DNA of 48,064 bases. Source: a bacterium (GTDB lineage Bacteria; Patescibacteriota; Microgenomatia; Curtissbacterales; GWA2-41-24). The translations under genes and the position numbers were made by a program. Positions within the stretch are counted from its first letter, which is position 1. Every line of letters begins with the position of its first letter. The DNA lies in assembly GCA_021813125.1 (NCBI GenBank), contig JAKALT010000007.1, forward strand, positions 1 to 48,064, written 5' to 3'. Positions 1 to 9,125 of the stretch are shown here, piece after piece. The notes below the pieces were generated by a model. It was not told where the DNA came from. It saw only the letters and a list, made by a program, of their open reading frames with translations, and ran no database searches.

Positions 1-90
1 CACCTCAAAGAATCTGAGTTTCGCTGGAATACAAGAAATGATAATATGTACAGGAAGTTACTTAAAAACTTTAGAGAGAAACCACTCTAA
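1..90 (+). CDS. IS1595-family (IS1016-like) transposase, C-terminal fragment (5' end outside window)
   Basis: Frame 1 reads HLKESEFRWNTRNDNMYRKLLKNFREKPL*, matching the HLKE(C/S)EFR(F/W)N C-terminal motif of IS1595/IS1016 DDE transposases; absent from the ORF track. Confidence 0.8.
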   Translation, partial: HLKESEFRWNTRNDNMYRKLLKNFREKPL

Positions 91-105
91 AGTTGTCTAG
101 ACCCC
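1..105 (+). mobile_element. Right end of an IS1595-family insertion sequence; putative terminal inverted repeat ~91-105
   Basis: Transposase stop is followed directly by AGTTGTCTAGACCCC (reverse complement GGGGTCTAGACAACT), a GGGG-starting end typical of the IS1016 group. The left end is not visible. Confidence 0.65.
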
Positions 106-360
106 TACAAAATATTGTGAAACAAGTCGCTAATGATTAAACGTCGACTTAATTATTATTTATTATAATTTCAAAAAATGATAATACTTGGCAAAAAACC
201 ATTAAGTTTTTTGAAATTGTGTTACTTTAAAGCTAATCTCTCCCGTTAGGGGAATTTGTGGGAATAATCATTTTTCTATAAGTTAAGAAAAACACACCTC
301 TAATCCATATACCAAGCTTTAAAAATAATAGTTGAAAAAGTCAGTGAAAATTTGAAAAAA

Positions 361-1368
361 CTAGGTAAAATGAAGACTGCTGTCCGCCTGAACTGTCAAA
401 GGGTCGTCAGGTTTGCCAACAAAATATGCTGCTGATGCAATCATCGCGCCATTGTCTACGCTAAACTCAATCTTTGGAAAATGCACTCTAACTTGCAAGT
501 CTACGCAAAGCTCACCCAACTTATTGCGCAGTTTCAAATTAGCCGCGACACCACCGCCTATAGCCAGAGATCGCGGTTTGTATATGCCTAAAGCCCTTTT
601 GACTCTTGCTGCTATCGATTCGACGACAGCTTCTTCAAAATAAAAAGCTACTTTTGCAATATCTTTATCCGAAAGTCGAAGCTTATTAACTTCCACGTAT
701 CTGACAACTGCTGTTTTTATGCCTGAAAACGAAAATTCTAAGTTTTCCTTTCCGGACATAGTTATTGGGAAAGGATTTTGCTCGCGATTATTCTTATAGT
801 TTCTTGCCGCTTTTTCTATATGTGGGCCCCCAGGGTAGGGAAGTCCTAAAAATCTTGCCACCTTATCAAAAGCTTCGCCGACTGCATCATCTAATGTAGA
901 GCCGATTAGTTTAAAGTCCCCATGCTTTTGCATATAAACTAGGTCAGTATGCCCCCCCGAAACAACAAGTCCCACAAGAGGGAATTCCGGCGCATTTTTC
1001 GTTTCAAGCCAGTTTGCATAGATATGAGCAGTTAAGTGGTTAACGGGAATCAAAGGTTTCTGCCACGCTAAAGATAAAGTTTTTGCGGTTTCTACTCCAA
1101 CTAGAAGCGAACCGATAAGCCCTGGTCCGTAAGAAACAGCAATAGCGTCAATTTTATCTTCAGGTACTTTCCTTGATACAGAATCAAGGGTAGGGATAAT
1201 AACTTTTAGTTGTTCGCGGGCAGCAATTTCCGGAACAATACCGCCGTATTTGACAAACTTCGAGATAGATGTCGCCAACTCGTTTGCAAGAACCTTTGTG
1301 CCATTTTTGACAACTGCTATCCCAGTCTCATCACAAGTGGATTCGATACCTAATATATTAATATTCAT
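361..1368 (-). CDS. tsaD: tRNA N6-adenosine threonylcarbamoyltransferase TsaD
   Basis: ILGIESTCDET, GGIVPE, GPGL, HxxAH (NHLTAH), VSGGHT, DDAVGEAFDK, SFSGIKT, DNGAMIA motifs. Confidence 0.97.
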   Translation of the reverse strand: MNINILGIESTCDETGIAVVKNGTKVLANELATSISKFVKYGGIVPEIAAREQLKVIIPTLDSVSRKVPEDKIDAIAVSYGPGLIGSLLVGVETAKTLSLAWQKPLIPVNHLTAHIYANWLETKNAPEFPLVGLVVSGGHTDLVYMQKHGDFKLIGSTLDDAVGEAFDKVARFLGLPYPGGPHIEKAARNYKNNREQNPFPITMSGKENLEFSFSGIKTAVVRYVEVNKLRLSDKDIAKVAFYFEEAVVESIAARVKRALGIYKPRSLAIGGGVAANLKLRNKLGELCVDLQVRVHFPKIEFSVDNGAMIASAAYFVGKPDDPLTVQADSSLHFT

Positions 1369-1429
1369 TTAAATTCACTCATAGCATGTCGAACGGTGTA
1401 TTCAAATCCAAAAATAATCATGTAGAAAT

Positions 1430-1966
1430 TTAAAGTTCAAAACTGGCAATATCGCCCGTGGCAACATTATTTAAGTCTGAGAGTCCTGCATTTACTTCTA
1501 GTACATATTTGGCAGGGGAGGCAGGTTTATATTGCTTTAGCTGCAGGTCATTCTTACCGGGTTCTGCAGGCACATTTTTGGCAATTTCCACCACTTTTTT
1601 GTTTTCGTCAATCCAAATAATATCTATTGCAAACTTCATGTCTTTCATCCAAAAAATATAGCTGTCACTTTTATCGAAAACGAAAAGCATACCTTGGTCA
1701 AGGGGGAGGGAGTCATATATTGAAAGGCCTTTTTGCCTATCTTTCGTATTCGCAGCAATTTTGGCGTTAACGTTTAGTTTTCCGATAGTAACTGTCGTTG
1801 AATCGCGGCTTACAGGTGTTGAAGATGTCGAAGCAGAAGCAGTGCCTTGACCAAATCCCGTACCGCTGCCGCGTAAAAGACCGGCTGTTCCAAAGAAATT
1901 ACCAAAAAGAAGCAAAAATATTATAAGGATAAACAGACCGCCGATTATTGAAAGATCCTTCTTCAT
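1430..1966 (-). CDS. DUF192 family membrane-anchored protein
   Basis: N-terminal TM helix; GL...GMLFVF, FWMKDMKFAIDIIWID, YVLEVNAG motifs. ATG at 1966 preferred to the TTG at 1978. Confidence 0.9.
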   Translation of the reverse strand: MKKDLSIIGGLFILIIFLLLFGNFFGTAGLLRGSGTGFGQGTASASTSSTPVSRDSTTVTIGKLNVNAKIAANTKDRQKGLSIYDSLPLDQGMLFVFDKSDSYIFWMKDMKFAIDIIWIDENKKVVEIAKNVPAEPGKNDLQLKQYKPASPAKYVLEVNAGLSDLNNVATGDIASFEL

Positions 1967-2012
1967 AGTATTAGCCAAATTATATATCAGCCGGAAAGAT
2001 TTAAGAAGAATT

Positions 2013-3887
2013 CTAACTGGTCCCGACTAAAAAAACGGCCTGCCAGGGTTTAAAATTCGAATAAAATGCTTTATCTATCACAATCTGGCCGCCTTTATAA
2101 ACTTTTTGGGTAAAAACGCTTTTGGCCCCCCAGGCTGCAAAATCAACTTGTTTTACTGTTCCTTTTGGCAAAGTAGGGTCGTCCTGATATAGAGGCGGCG
2201 GTGGAGCTGTTTGGCTGGTGACAACAGGGTCACTTACCTCAACCCGCCTTCCGTCGGAAGTACCGTAAATATCAACTTCAAGTTTGGTATTGGCAGGGTC
2301 CATAACAGCCTGAACTAATATATGGTGGTCTGTATCATTTTTAAACTTCAAATCCACGGAAGGAGACCATATTGTGGCATCAAGCCCGGCACCAAATCCG
2401 TGTTGTTCGTAATATCCTACTCTGTAAGCGTGGGCTGTCCGCTCTAATATTGGGAAGCCTGCATTTAAAGCCGCCCTAAAAACTGTAGTCGAGACTTGGC
2501 AAATACCTCCACCGTCGTCCAGAACTGTCCTGCCGGAAGAGATAACATACGCCTGTTTAAATCCTTGCGCTGCAGAAACGGGTCCAACGAGCTTATCAAA
2601 AGAAAATACTTCTCCCGGTGGTACTAAAGTGCCGCTTACAAGGCTTGCCCCGAGACCAATATTAAATATTCTGTTGGGTATCGATCCGGCATAATAGGAA
2701 ACACCCCGGCCAATAAGCTCTTTTATTCCCAAAGTATTTACCTCGGGGTTGGCAATTTCCGCCTTAGTAACCCTTACCGGCAAGTCGATTTTAATATTTT
2801 TAACATCTTCCACGTTGTCAATAGAAACCTTAGAAAGCATTAACTGCTTTGTTTTTGCAACATCAAGCACCTGGCCATCTTGGGCGGGTTGGAATTGGCT
2901 TATTTTTCCATTTTCAAACTTAAGTGTTGCATTAACTGTTGGTTTGTTTACTGCCAAAGCAATGTCGCCAACAAATTCGTCTACTTTTTTCTGATTTAAA
3001 GACAAGTCAAGCTCGGGGGGAATAACTGACTTTGATCTAAACGTGCGGATATTTACAGGGTCACCCAAATTTATAGAAACAAAATTTTCGCCCTCATACC
3101 CAACAGGTTGAAATTGCAATATCGAAAGCAAATTATTTCCGGTTAAAGTCCATTTGTCGTAGCCAAAAACCAAACTGATGTTTCGGTCGTTTAAGTCCTT
3201 AACTTTTTCCAGCGCTTTTTTTGCCTGTTCTCTGGTTACAAGCGGCTGGATATCTATAACTTCAGTATCAATCGGAAAATATGAAAGGTTGGCAATATCT
3301 GCTTTTAAATTTCTAACGACCAAGGATTCGTCAACAGCTTTTCCTGGAGTTTCATTAACTATAATAGGCGTAGATCCGGAAACATCAATTGTTGCATCCA
3401 CAGCAGGCTTTTGAATAGCTGAAAGTTTCAAATCTAAAGTTTTAGAAAATAAATAATAGTCAACGGAATATGCAGGCGCGACATTGGCAGATTTAAAAGG
3501 TAAAATTACCCTTTGAGTGAACATCTCAAATGGCTTGCCATGTCTGCCATAAGCCATAAGTTCGGCAACTGTCTTTTCCTTATCAAAAGATATTCCTAAA
3601 TCGGAAGTAGTCATACTTAAGCTTTTCTCTCCGACATTAATAACCAAAGGTGTATTTTCAAAATTGTCTATGCTATTGCCAACAAAAATCTGCGTCTGCT
3701 GCTGATCCATTCCCATCATGCTTTTACCTGCGAAATAAACTCCTGGAACAATTTTATTTGCGTAATATTGGTTATAAATTACAAAAAAGGTAAAAATAAC
3801 AAAAATGGCAGTTAACAAGCTGAACTTGTATTTCCTAAGAAAGCGGAATCTTAAAGCGCTTACTACCTCTTGTTTTGGTTTGGGCAT
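2013..3887 (-). CDS. VanW family protein with N-terminal TM anchor and putative peptidoglycan-binding (YoaR-like) repeats
   Basis: GGGICQVSTTVFRAAL, ERTAH, GLDATI, DLKFKN VanW motifs; NKIVPGVY and P-x-(D/N)A-T repeats. Confidence 0.9.
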   Translation of the reverse strand: MPKPKQEVVSALRFRFLRKYKFSLLTAIFVIFTFFVIYNQYYANKIVPGVYFAGKSMMGMDQQQTQIFVGNSIDNFENTPLVINVGEKSLSMTTSDLGISFDKEKTVAELMAYGRHGKPFEMFTQRVILPFKSANVAPAYSVDYYLFSKTLDLKLSAIQKPAVDATIDVSGSTPIIVNETPGKAVDESLVVRNLKADIANLSYFPIDTEVIDIQPLVTREQAKKALEKVKDLNDRNISLVFGYDKWTLTGNNLLSILQFQPVGYEGENFVSINLGDPVNIRTFRSKSVIPPELDLSLNQKKVDEFVGDIALAVNKPTVNATLKFENGKISQFQPAQDGQVLDVAKTKQLMLSKVSIDNVEDVKNIKIDLPVRVTKAEIANPEVNTLGIKELIGRGVSYYAGSIPNRIFNIGLGASLVSGTLVPPGEVFSFDKLVGPVSAAQGFKQAYVISSGRTVLDDGGGICQVSTTVFRAALNAGFPILERTAHAYRVGYYEQHGFGAGLDATIWSPSVDLKFKNDTDHHILVQAVMDPANTKLEVDIYGTSDGRRVEVSDPVVTSQTAPPPPLYQDDPTLPKGTVKQVDFAAWGAKSVFTQKVYKGGQIVIDKAFYSNFKPWQAVFLVGTS

Positions 3888-3991
3888 AAATTGAAGAAAG
3901 TTAAAATATTGTGAGCCTTATACCTCTGAGCTTATGATATCATAGAAATAGGCTAATCCAAATTCAAAATATTTTTTAAAGTACAGAAAAA

Positions 3992-5275
3992 ATGGTTAGA
4001 TTTTTTTCTAAAATTGCAGCAGTATTCATTTTAAGTTTAGCTCTCTCCGCTTGCTCGGTTTTACCTTTAAAAAAAGGTAGCAGCCCCGTAACCTTAAAGC
4101 TTTGGGGTTTGTGGGAATCTGCAACAACTATGAACCAAGTTATAAACGATTACAAAAAGCTTCATCCGAATGTCAATATTGTTTATGAGAAAAAAAGCGT
4201 TCAACAATACCGTGAGTCTCTTCAAGCTCAAATCCAGTCCGCAAAAGGGCCCGATATATTTATGTTCCACAACACTTGGACACCGATGCTCAAAAATGAA
4301 CTTACTGCCGTTCCCTCAAACGTAGTTTCTTCTTCGGATTTTAAATCAAATTATTTCCCGACTGTTGCCTCAGACCTTCGCAATTCCAGCGGCAGTTACG
4401 TGGGAGTGCCTGCCGGTATCGATGGCTTAGGTTTATACTGGAATCAGGATATTTTTAACGCCGCAGGCATCGTGGCTCCACCCACAACCTGGCAGGAACT
4501 GGCCCAAGTTGCTGCAAAACTTACAGTTAGGGATACATCCGGCAACATCAGGACTGCCGGTGCTGCAATAGGAACCGCGTCCAATGTTGATCAATTTTCC
4601 GATATTTTAGGCATGATGATTATGCAAAACGGGGGAGACCTTAAAAAACCAACTAGCCAGCTGACTGCAGACGCCTTGGATTATTACACCCATTTTGCCA
4701 AAGGGCAAAACCGCGTTTGGGACGAAACTCTTCCGTCCTCAACAATTGCTTTTGCAGGCGGCAATTTGGCAATGTACTTAGGTCCAAGTTGGCGGGCTGC
4801 CGAAATAAAGCAGGCAAATCCGCTTCTGAATTTCAAAGTCGCACCGGTTCCGCAGCTTGAAGGCGGCAAACTGGCTTGGGCCAGTTATTGGGCGTATGGG
4901 GTTTCCGCTAAAAGCCCAAGCCAACAATCAGCCTGGGATTTCGTTAAATACCTTCAAGACGACCAAACGCTTATAAAAATATACAGCGAAGACGCTAAAA
5001 CTCCGGGCATGCTCTTTGGACCACCATACCCTAAAATTGCTCTCGCTCAAAAGCTGAGCCAGGATCCAATTGTCGGAGCATTTGTCACCGATGCCCCCTA
5101 TATGCGCTCTTTTCCGATGGCGGCAAGAACTTATGATAATGGCTTAAATGATCAGATAATTAAGGCTTATGAAGATGCAGTTAATAAAGTCCTGGCCGGG
5201 TCATCCCCATCCTCAGCCCTCGCAACAGCAGCAACAAATGTTCAAAATGTCTTGAACCGCTTCGGAGCCCAATAA
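3992..5275 (+). CDS. Extracellular solute-binding lipoprotein, family 1 (carbohydrate ABC-type)
   Basis: Lipobox LSAC; KGPDIF, GLYWNQDIF, PPTTWQEL, F.GG.LAMY, AWDFVKYL motifs. Confidence 0.9.
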   Translation: MVRFFSKIAAVFILSLALSACSVLPLKKGSSPVTLKLWGLWESATTMNQVINDYKKLHPNVNIVYEKKSVQQYRESLQAQIQSAKGPDIFMFHNTWTPMLKNELTAVPSNVVSSSDFKSNYFPTVASDLRNSSGSYVGVPAGIDGLGLYWNQDIFNAAGIVAPPTTWQELAQVAAKLTVRDTSGNIRTAGAAIGTASNVDQFSDILGMMIMQNGGDLKKPTSQLTADALDYYTHFAKGQNRVWDETLPSSTIAFAGGNLAMYLGPSWRAAEIKQANPLLNFKVAPVPQLEGGKLAWASYWAYGVSAKSPSQQSAWDFVKYLQDDQTLIKIYSEDAKTPGMLFGPPYPKIALAQKLSQDPIVGAFVTDAPYMRSFPMAARTYDNGLNDQIIKAYEDAVNKVLAGSSPSSALATAATNVQNVLNRFGAQ

Positions 5276-5321
5276 ATTTTAAAGCTTGCCATAAATTGCT
5301 AGTCACTGTTATATTTGCCGC

Positions 5322-6203
5322 GTGAATATTTCTGATTCTATAATTGCCGTACTTGCTTACCACGGGATCTTCAGTTACCCATTGAAAGCAGATGAAATCC
5401 ATAAGTATCAAACAAAAAAAGCAACCTTTCTCCAAACAGAAAAAACGATTAAAAATCTTCTTGAAAAAAAAACAATATCAAAAAAAGACGAATTTTATTT
5501 TCTGGGTAAAAATCAAAAACTAGTCACTTTACGCAAAAGTCGCCAGAGGATTTCGGAAAAAAAGTTTAAACGTGCAAATTTTTATGCGAATATCCTCAGA
5601 TCAATCCCGACAATCAAACTTGTAGCAATCTCCGGAGCTTTGGCAATGCAAAACAGTTCAGCCTCAGATGATATAGATTTTTTCATAATTTGCCAAAAAA
5701 ACTGTCTTTGGACAACAAGATTCATGGCCAATTTAGCCCTCCTCCCCTTTAAACGGGAACCTAAGAGTCGAACGCAAAAAGATAAAGCTTGCTTAAATCT
5801 TTTTTTGGACGAGCAGGCCCTTACTGTAAAAGAGCAAAATCTTTACACAGCGCATGAAATTTGTCAGCTGAATGTACTATGGGATAGAAACAACACTTAT
5901 CAGAAGTTTTTAAAGGCAAATTCATGGACTAAAAAGTACTTACCAAATTGGGTATCAAAAATAAAAACGAAGAGATCAAAAAGTAGGGGATCGACCAGCG
6001 GGTATCTACTACCCGGACTCTGGCCGCTAGTCGAAAGTTTTCTTAAATTCATTCAACTGAACTATATGAAATCAAAAATTACTTCCGAAAAAATAGGTGA
6101 TCACCAACTTTTTTTCCATCCTGAGGACACCCAAAAACAAATTTTAAAAAAATATAGCAGTTTTACTAGAAATCTTGACAAAAATCGTCTATTTTTGAGA
6201 TAA
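5322..6203 (+). CDS. Conserved hypothetical protein with Pol-beta-like nucleotidyltransferase motif
   Basis: hhhSGALAMQN...DDIDFFII resembles the G(S/A)-x(7-12)-DxD NTase signature; the N-terminus may be a winged helix. GTG start lies 6 nt after an extended -10. Confidence 0.65.
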   Translation: MNISDSIIAVLAYHGIFSYPLKADEIHKYQTKKATFLQTEKTIKNLLEKKTISKKDEFYFLGKNQKLVTLRKSRQRISEKKFKRANFYANILRSIPTIKLVAISGALAMQNSSASDDIDFFIICQKNCLWTTRFMANLALLPFKREPKSRTQKDKACLNLFLDEQALTVKEQNLYTAHEICQLNVLWDRNNTYQKFLKANSWTKKYLPNWVSKIKTKRSKSRGSTSGYLLPGLWPLVESFLKFIQLNYMKSKITSEKIGDHQLFFHPEDTQKQILKKYSSFTRNLDKNRLFLR

Positions 6204-6204
6204 T
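6175..6204 (+). promoter_or_regulatory. Sigma70-type promoter of pyrG
   Basis: TTGACA 6175-6180, 18-nt spacer, extended -10 TG-a-GATAAT 6196-6204; predicted +1 at G6211. Confidence 0.7.
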
Positions 6205-6212
6205 TCTAGCGG

Positions 6213-6235
6213 GCACCCCAAGTGGGTGCATTTTT
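6213..6235 (+). terminator. Intrinsic terminator/attenuator hairpin in pyrG leader
   Basis: GCACCC-CAAGT-GGGTGC stem-loop followed by ATTTTT. Confidence 0.6.
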
Positions 6236-6239
6236 AGTT

Positions 6240-7862
6240 TTGAACACAAAATTCATCTTCGTTTCAGGCGGCGTCATTTCCGGAATCGGAAAAGGGATAG
6301 CCACCTCTTCAATTGCCCTAATTCTAAAATCCCGCGGTTTTTCAGTAACTGCCATGAAGGCTGACCCCTACTTAAACATCGACGCTGGCACCTTAAATCC
6401 AATAGAACATGGCGAGGTCTTTGTTTTAGATGACGGCATGGAATGTGACCAGGATCTTGGTAATTACGAACGTTTCCTAGAGCAAAACCTTAACTCTACC
6501 AATTACATGACCACAGGCCAGGTTTTCAAATCCATTATAGATAGGGAAAGGTCACTTGGTTACGAAGGCAAAACGGTCGAATTTTTTCAAGATCCGCCAA
6601 GAGAAATAATAAGCCGCATTGTAAAATGCGCCAAAACCAATAAGGCCGAAATTGTCGTTTTTGAAGTTGGCGGCACAGTAGGGGAATACCAGAATTTGCT
6701 GTTTTTGGAAGCAAACCGTCTTTTAAAGCTGGAACACCCTCGCGATGTTTTGCATGTCCATGTAACTTATCTTCCCGTTCCGTCATCGGTAGGAGAAATG
6801 AAATCTAAGCCCGCGCAAATGTCCATCCAACAGCTTGCTTCATCCGGAATCGTTGCAGATTTTGTGCTTGCCCGGTCTCAATTCGCCGTCGACGAAAAAA
6901 GGCGCGAAAAAATTGCCATCGCCTGTGGTCTGCAAAAAGAGGATATTCTTTCCGCCCCGGATGTTGAAAACATCTATCAGGTGCCTCTAAACTTCGAAAA
7001 TCAGGGCCTTTCCGAAAAAATCCTCAAAAAATTAAACACAAAGCCCAGAAAATCCAACCTCGCGGAATGGAAAGTAATGGTCAATTCGGCCCTAACAGCC
7101 AAAAAACATGCCAAAATCGCCATGGTCGGCAAATATTTTTCAACCGGCGACTACACACTCTCCGACGCCTACCTTTCGGTCATCGAATCAATAAAGCATG
7201 CTGCGGCATGTTTTGACATCAAACCTAAAATGACTTGGATAGATTCCGCTCAAGTAGAAAAGGAAGGAATAGATATGTTAAAAGGCTTCGATGCCATTAT
7301 AGTTCCCGGGGGTTACGGTACCAGGGCGGTTGAAGGTATTGTCCAATCAATAAAATATGCCCGCGAAAATAAAGTGCCGTATTTTGGCCTCTGCTACGGT
7401 ATGCAGCAGGCAGCTGTTGAATTTGCCAGAAACGTATTAGGCTACAAGGATGCCAATACAACCGAAATCGATCCCAAAACCAAACATCCGATAATCCACG
7501 TTATGGCTTCACAAAAAGATCTAGTCAAATACCATAAACTTGGCGGTACTCAAAGACTTGGATCTTGGGAATGGAAAGCCAAAAAAGGCACAATTTTTGA
7601 AAAAGCCTACAAATCTACAACCGGCTCCGACCGGCATCGTCACCGCTACGAATTCAATAATACTTATAAGGAAGAGTTCGAAAAGCACGGTATGGTAATT
7701 TCTGCAACCACCAAAGACGGCTATTTAGTCGAGGCGCTTGAGCTCAAAGATCACCCCTTTTTCATTGGAACCCAGTTTCACCCGGAGTTAAAATCCCGCC
7801 CACTTCATCCTCATCCTTTATATATGGCTTTCATGGAAGCCATTGCCAAGACAAAAAACTAA
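6240..7862 (+). CDS. pyrG: CTP synthase
   Basis: KFIFVSGGVISGIGKG, DPYLNIDAGT, EVGGTVG, GLCYGMQ, RHRHRYEFN, QFHPE. TTG at 6240 fits the usual N-terminus better than GTG at 6222. Confidence 0.97.
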   Translation: MNTKFIFVSGGVISGIGKGIATSSIALILKSRGFSVTAMKADPYLNIDAGTLNPIEHGEVFVLDDGMECDQDLGNYERFLEQNLNSTNYMTTGQVFKSIIDRERSLGYEGKTVEFFQDPPREIISRIVKCAKTNKAEIVVFEVGGTVGEYQNLLFLEANRLLKLEHPRDVLHVHVTYLPVPSSVGEMKSKPAQMSIQQLASSGIVADFVLARSQFAVDEKRREKIAIACGLQKEDILSAPDVENIYQVPLNFENQGLSEKILKKLNTKPRKSNLAEWKVMVNSALTAKKHAKIAMVGKYFSTGDYTLSDAYLSVIESIKHAAACFDIKPKMTWIDSAQVEKEGIDMLKGFDAIIVPGGYGTRAVEGIVQSIKYARENKVPYFGLCYGMQQAAVEFARNVLGYKDANTTEIDPKTKHPIIHVMASQKDLVKYHKLGGTQRLGSWEWKAKKGTIFEKAYKSTTGSDRHRHRYEFNNTYKEEFEKHGMVISATTKDGYLVEALELKDHPFFIGTQFHPELKSRPLHPHPLYMAFMEAIAKTKN

Positions 7863-7892
7863 ATTTCTGCTATCATTTGCGCGTTTGTAGGT

Positions 7893-9113
7893 ATGACTCA
7901 CGAAATTGCATCACATGCGCCCACACCAGATAGGCTGTTTGACCTGGAAGAGGCTTTAAAAAAGACCGAAATCACCCATTTTGGCCCGGCAACTTTGGCA
8001 AGCGTCGCCTGCGGCACAAGAGTTACAAACGACGATTTGCTTTATGAATTCAAAGTATGCACCAATGCCAGCCCTGAAGAAGCCGAAGCCGCCGATGAAC
8101 TACTCAAAGCAACCGGCATAACCGTCAGGTATGCCTCTTGGGAAATCACCCTTACTCACGATGAAATCCTCCAAAGGACGACCAAAATCGGAGCCCATCT
8201 AATAAAGTCTCTCATGAAAGAAAAAGGTTGGGAGTCGGTAGATGCGGTTCTCGACACCTCTGCTTCACTACCCGAAAACATAGGTAAAAAGGTAATTGAA
8301 GAGGCAGGTCTTAATACTGAAACTACTGCTTCAAAACCGTATCGGGTAGCATGCGCGGGCGCAATTGCGGCAATAGTCGATACTCTGGCTGATCCCGAAA
8401 TGAAAGACAAGCGGGTAATTGTATTGGCTCTTGAGCCTTTGAGCCAGCATGTAAAACCATCTCAATGCGGTTCGAAAGACACGATACCCCTGCCTGCGAT
8501 TTTTGGAGACGACTTTGCCACTATTGGCTTCAACACAGACGATTTTGAAGTTGTTGGACCCAGGACACATATAATCGATGACGGTGCACATATTCGTTTT
8601 GACGCCGATTATTCGCTTCTACCAACAGACGAGACATCAATTCCGAAGCACTACACCTTCGGGGAAAGGGGAAGGGAAATTAGTTCAATCACCCCAAACA
8701 GAGTTCTCCTTGCTATCCAAAAACCGGAAAACGGAATGCCTTCGTCTATGTACGGCAGGGGAGTCTACAATTTTTTTGTGCCTGAGACAATAAGAGTCCT
8801 GGAAGATGTTGTTGAAAGGGCAAAGCGGCAGGGAATCAATGTTAGGCAAGCTGTCATGCACCAGCCTAGTTTGAAAGTAAACCAAGGCCTAAAGAGGCGC
8901 GCAACTGAAAAACACCCAAACCTCGCAGGTCTCGACATACCCGATTTTCTCCTTGGTCAAATTAAAAGATCTAACAGCAGCTCCGCAACATCGCTTGTAG
9001 TTTGGCAGCATTTGGCAAAAGAAGGAAAACTTGACCCAAACCAACCTCTTTTAGTTTGCGCCCCAGGCATTGGCTCCGCAATCTCGGCAGGCGTTATCGT
9101 CCCCGCTAAATAA
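7893..9113 (+). CDS. Divergent beta-ketoacyl synthase III (FabH)/thiolase-fold condensing enzyme
   Basis: VACAGA (Cys), ALEPLS, IFGDD, MYGRGVYNF, HQPS (His), SNSSSA (Asn), APGIG: FabH-like Cys-His-Asn triad in the correct order. Confidence 0.8.
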   Translation: MTHEIASHAPTPDRLFDLEEALKKTEITHFGPATLASVACGTRVTNDDLLYEFKVCTNASPEEAEAADELLKATGITVRYASWEITLTHDEILQRTTKIGAHLIKSLMKEKGWESVDAVLDTSASLPENIGKKVIEEAGLNTETTASKPYRVACAGAIAAIVDTLADPEMKDKRVIVLALEPLSQHVKPSQCGSKDTIPLPAIFGDDFATIGFNTDDFEVVGPRTHIIDDGAHIRFDADYSLLPTDETSIPKHYTFGERGREISSITPNRVLLAIQKPENGMPSSMYGRGVYNFFVPETIRVLEDVVERAKRQGINVRQAVMHQPSLKVNQGLKRRATEKHPNLAGLDIPDFLLGQIKRSNSSSATSLVVWQHLAKEGKLDPNQPLLVCAPGIGSAISAGVIVPAK

Positions 9114-9125
9114 TCGACAAACCCC

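Noticed and set aside
106-360. AT-rich intergenic region as possible oriC or ncRNA
   Set aside because: No TTATCCACA DnaA boxes or recognisable RNA fold seen; only a weak TCCC-gtta-GGGG hairpin.
5322-6203. MNT-HEPN toxin-antitoxin or CBASS cyclase
   Set aside because: No HEPN or effector gene nearby; neighbours are housekeeping genes.
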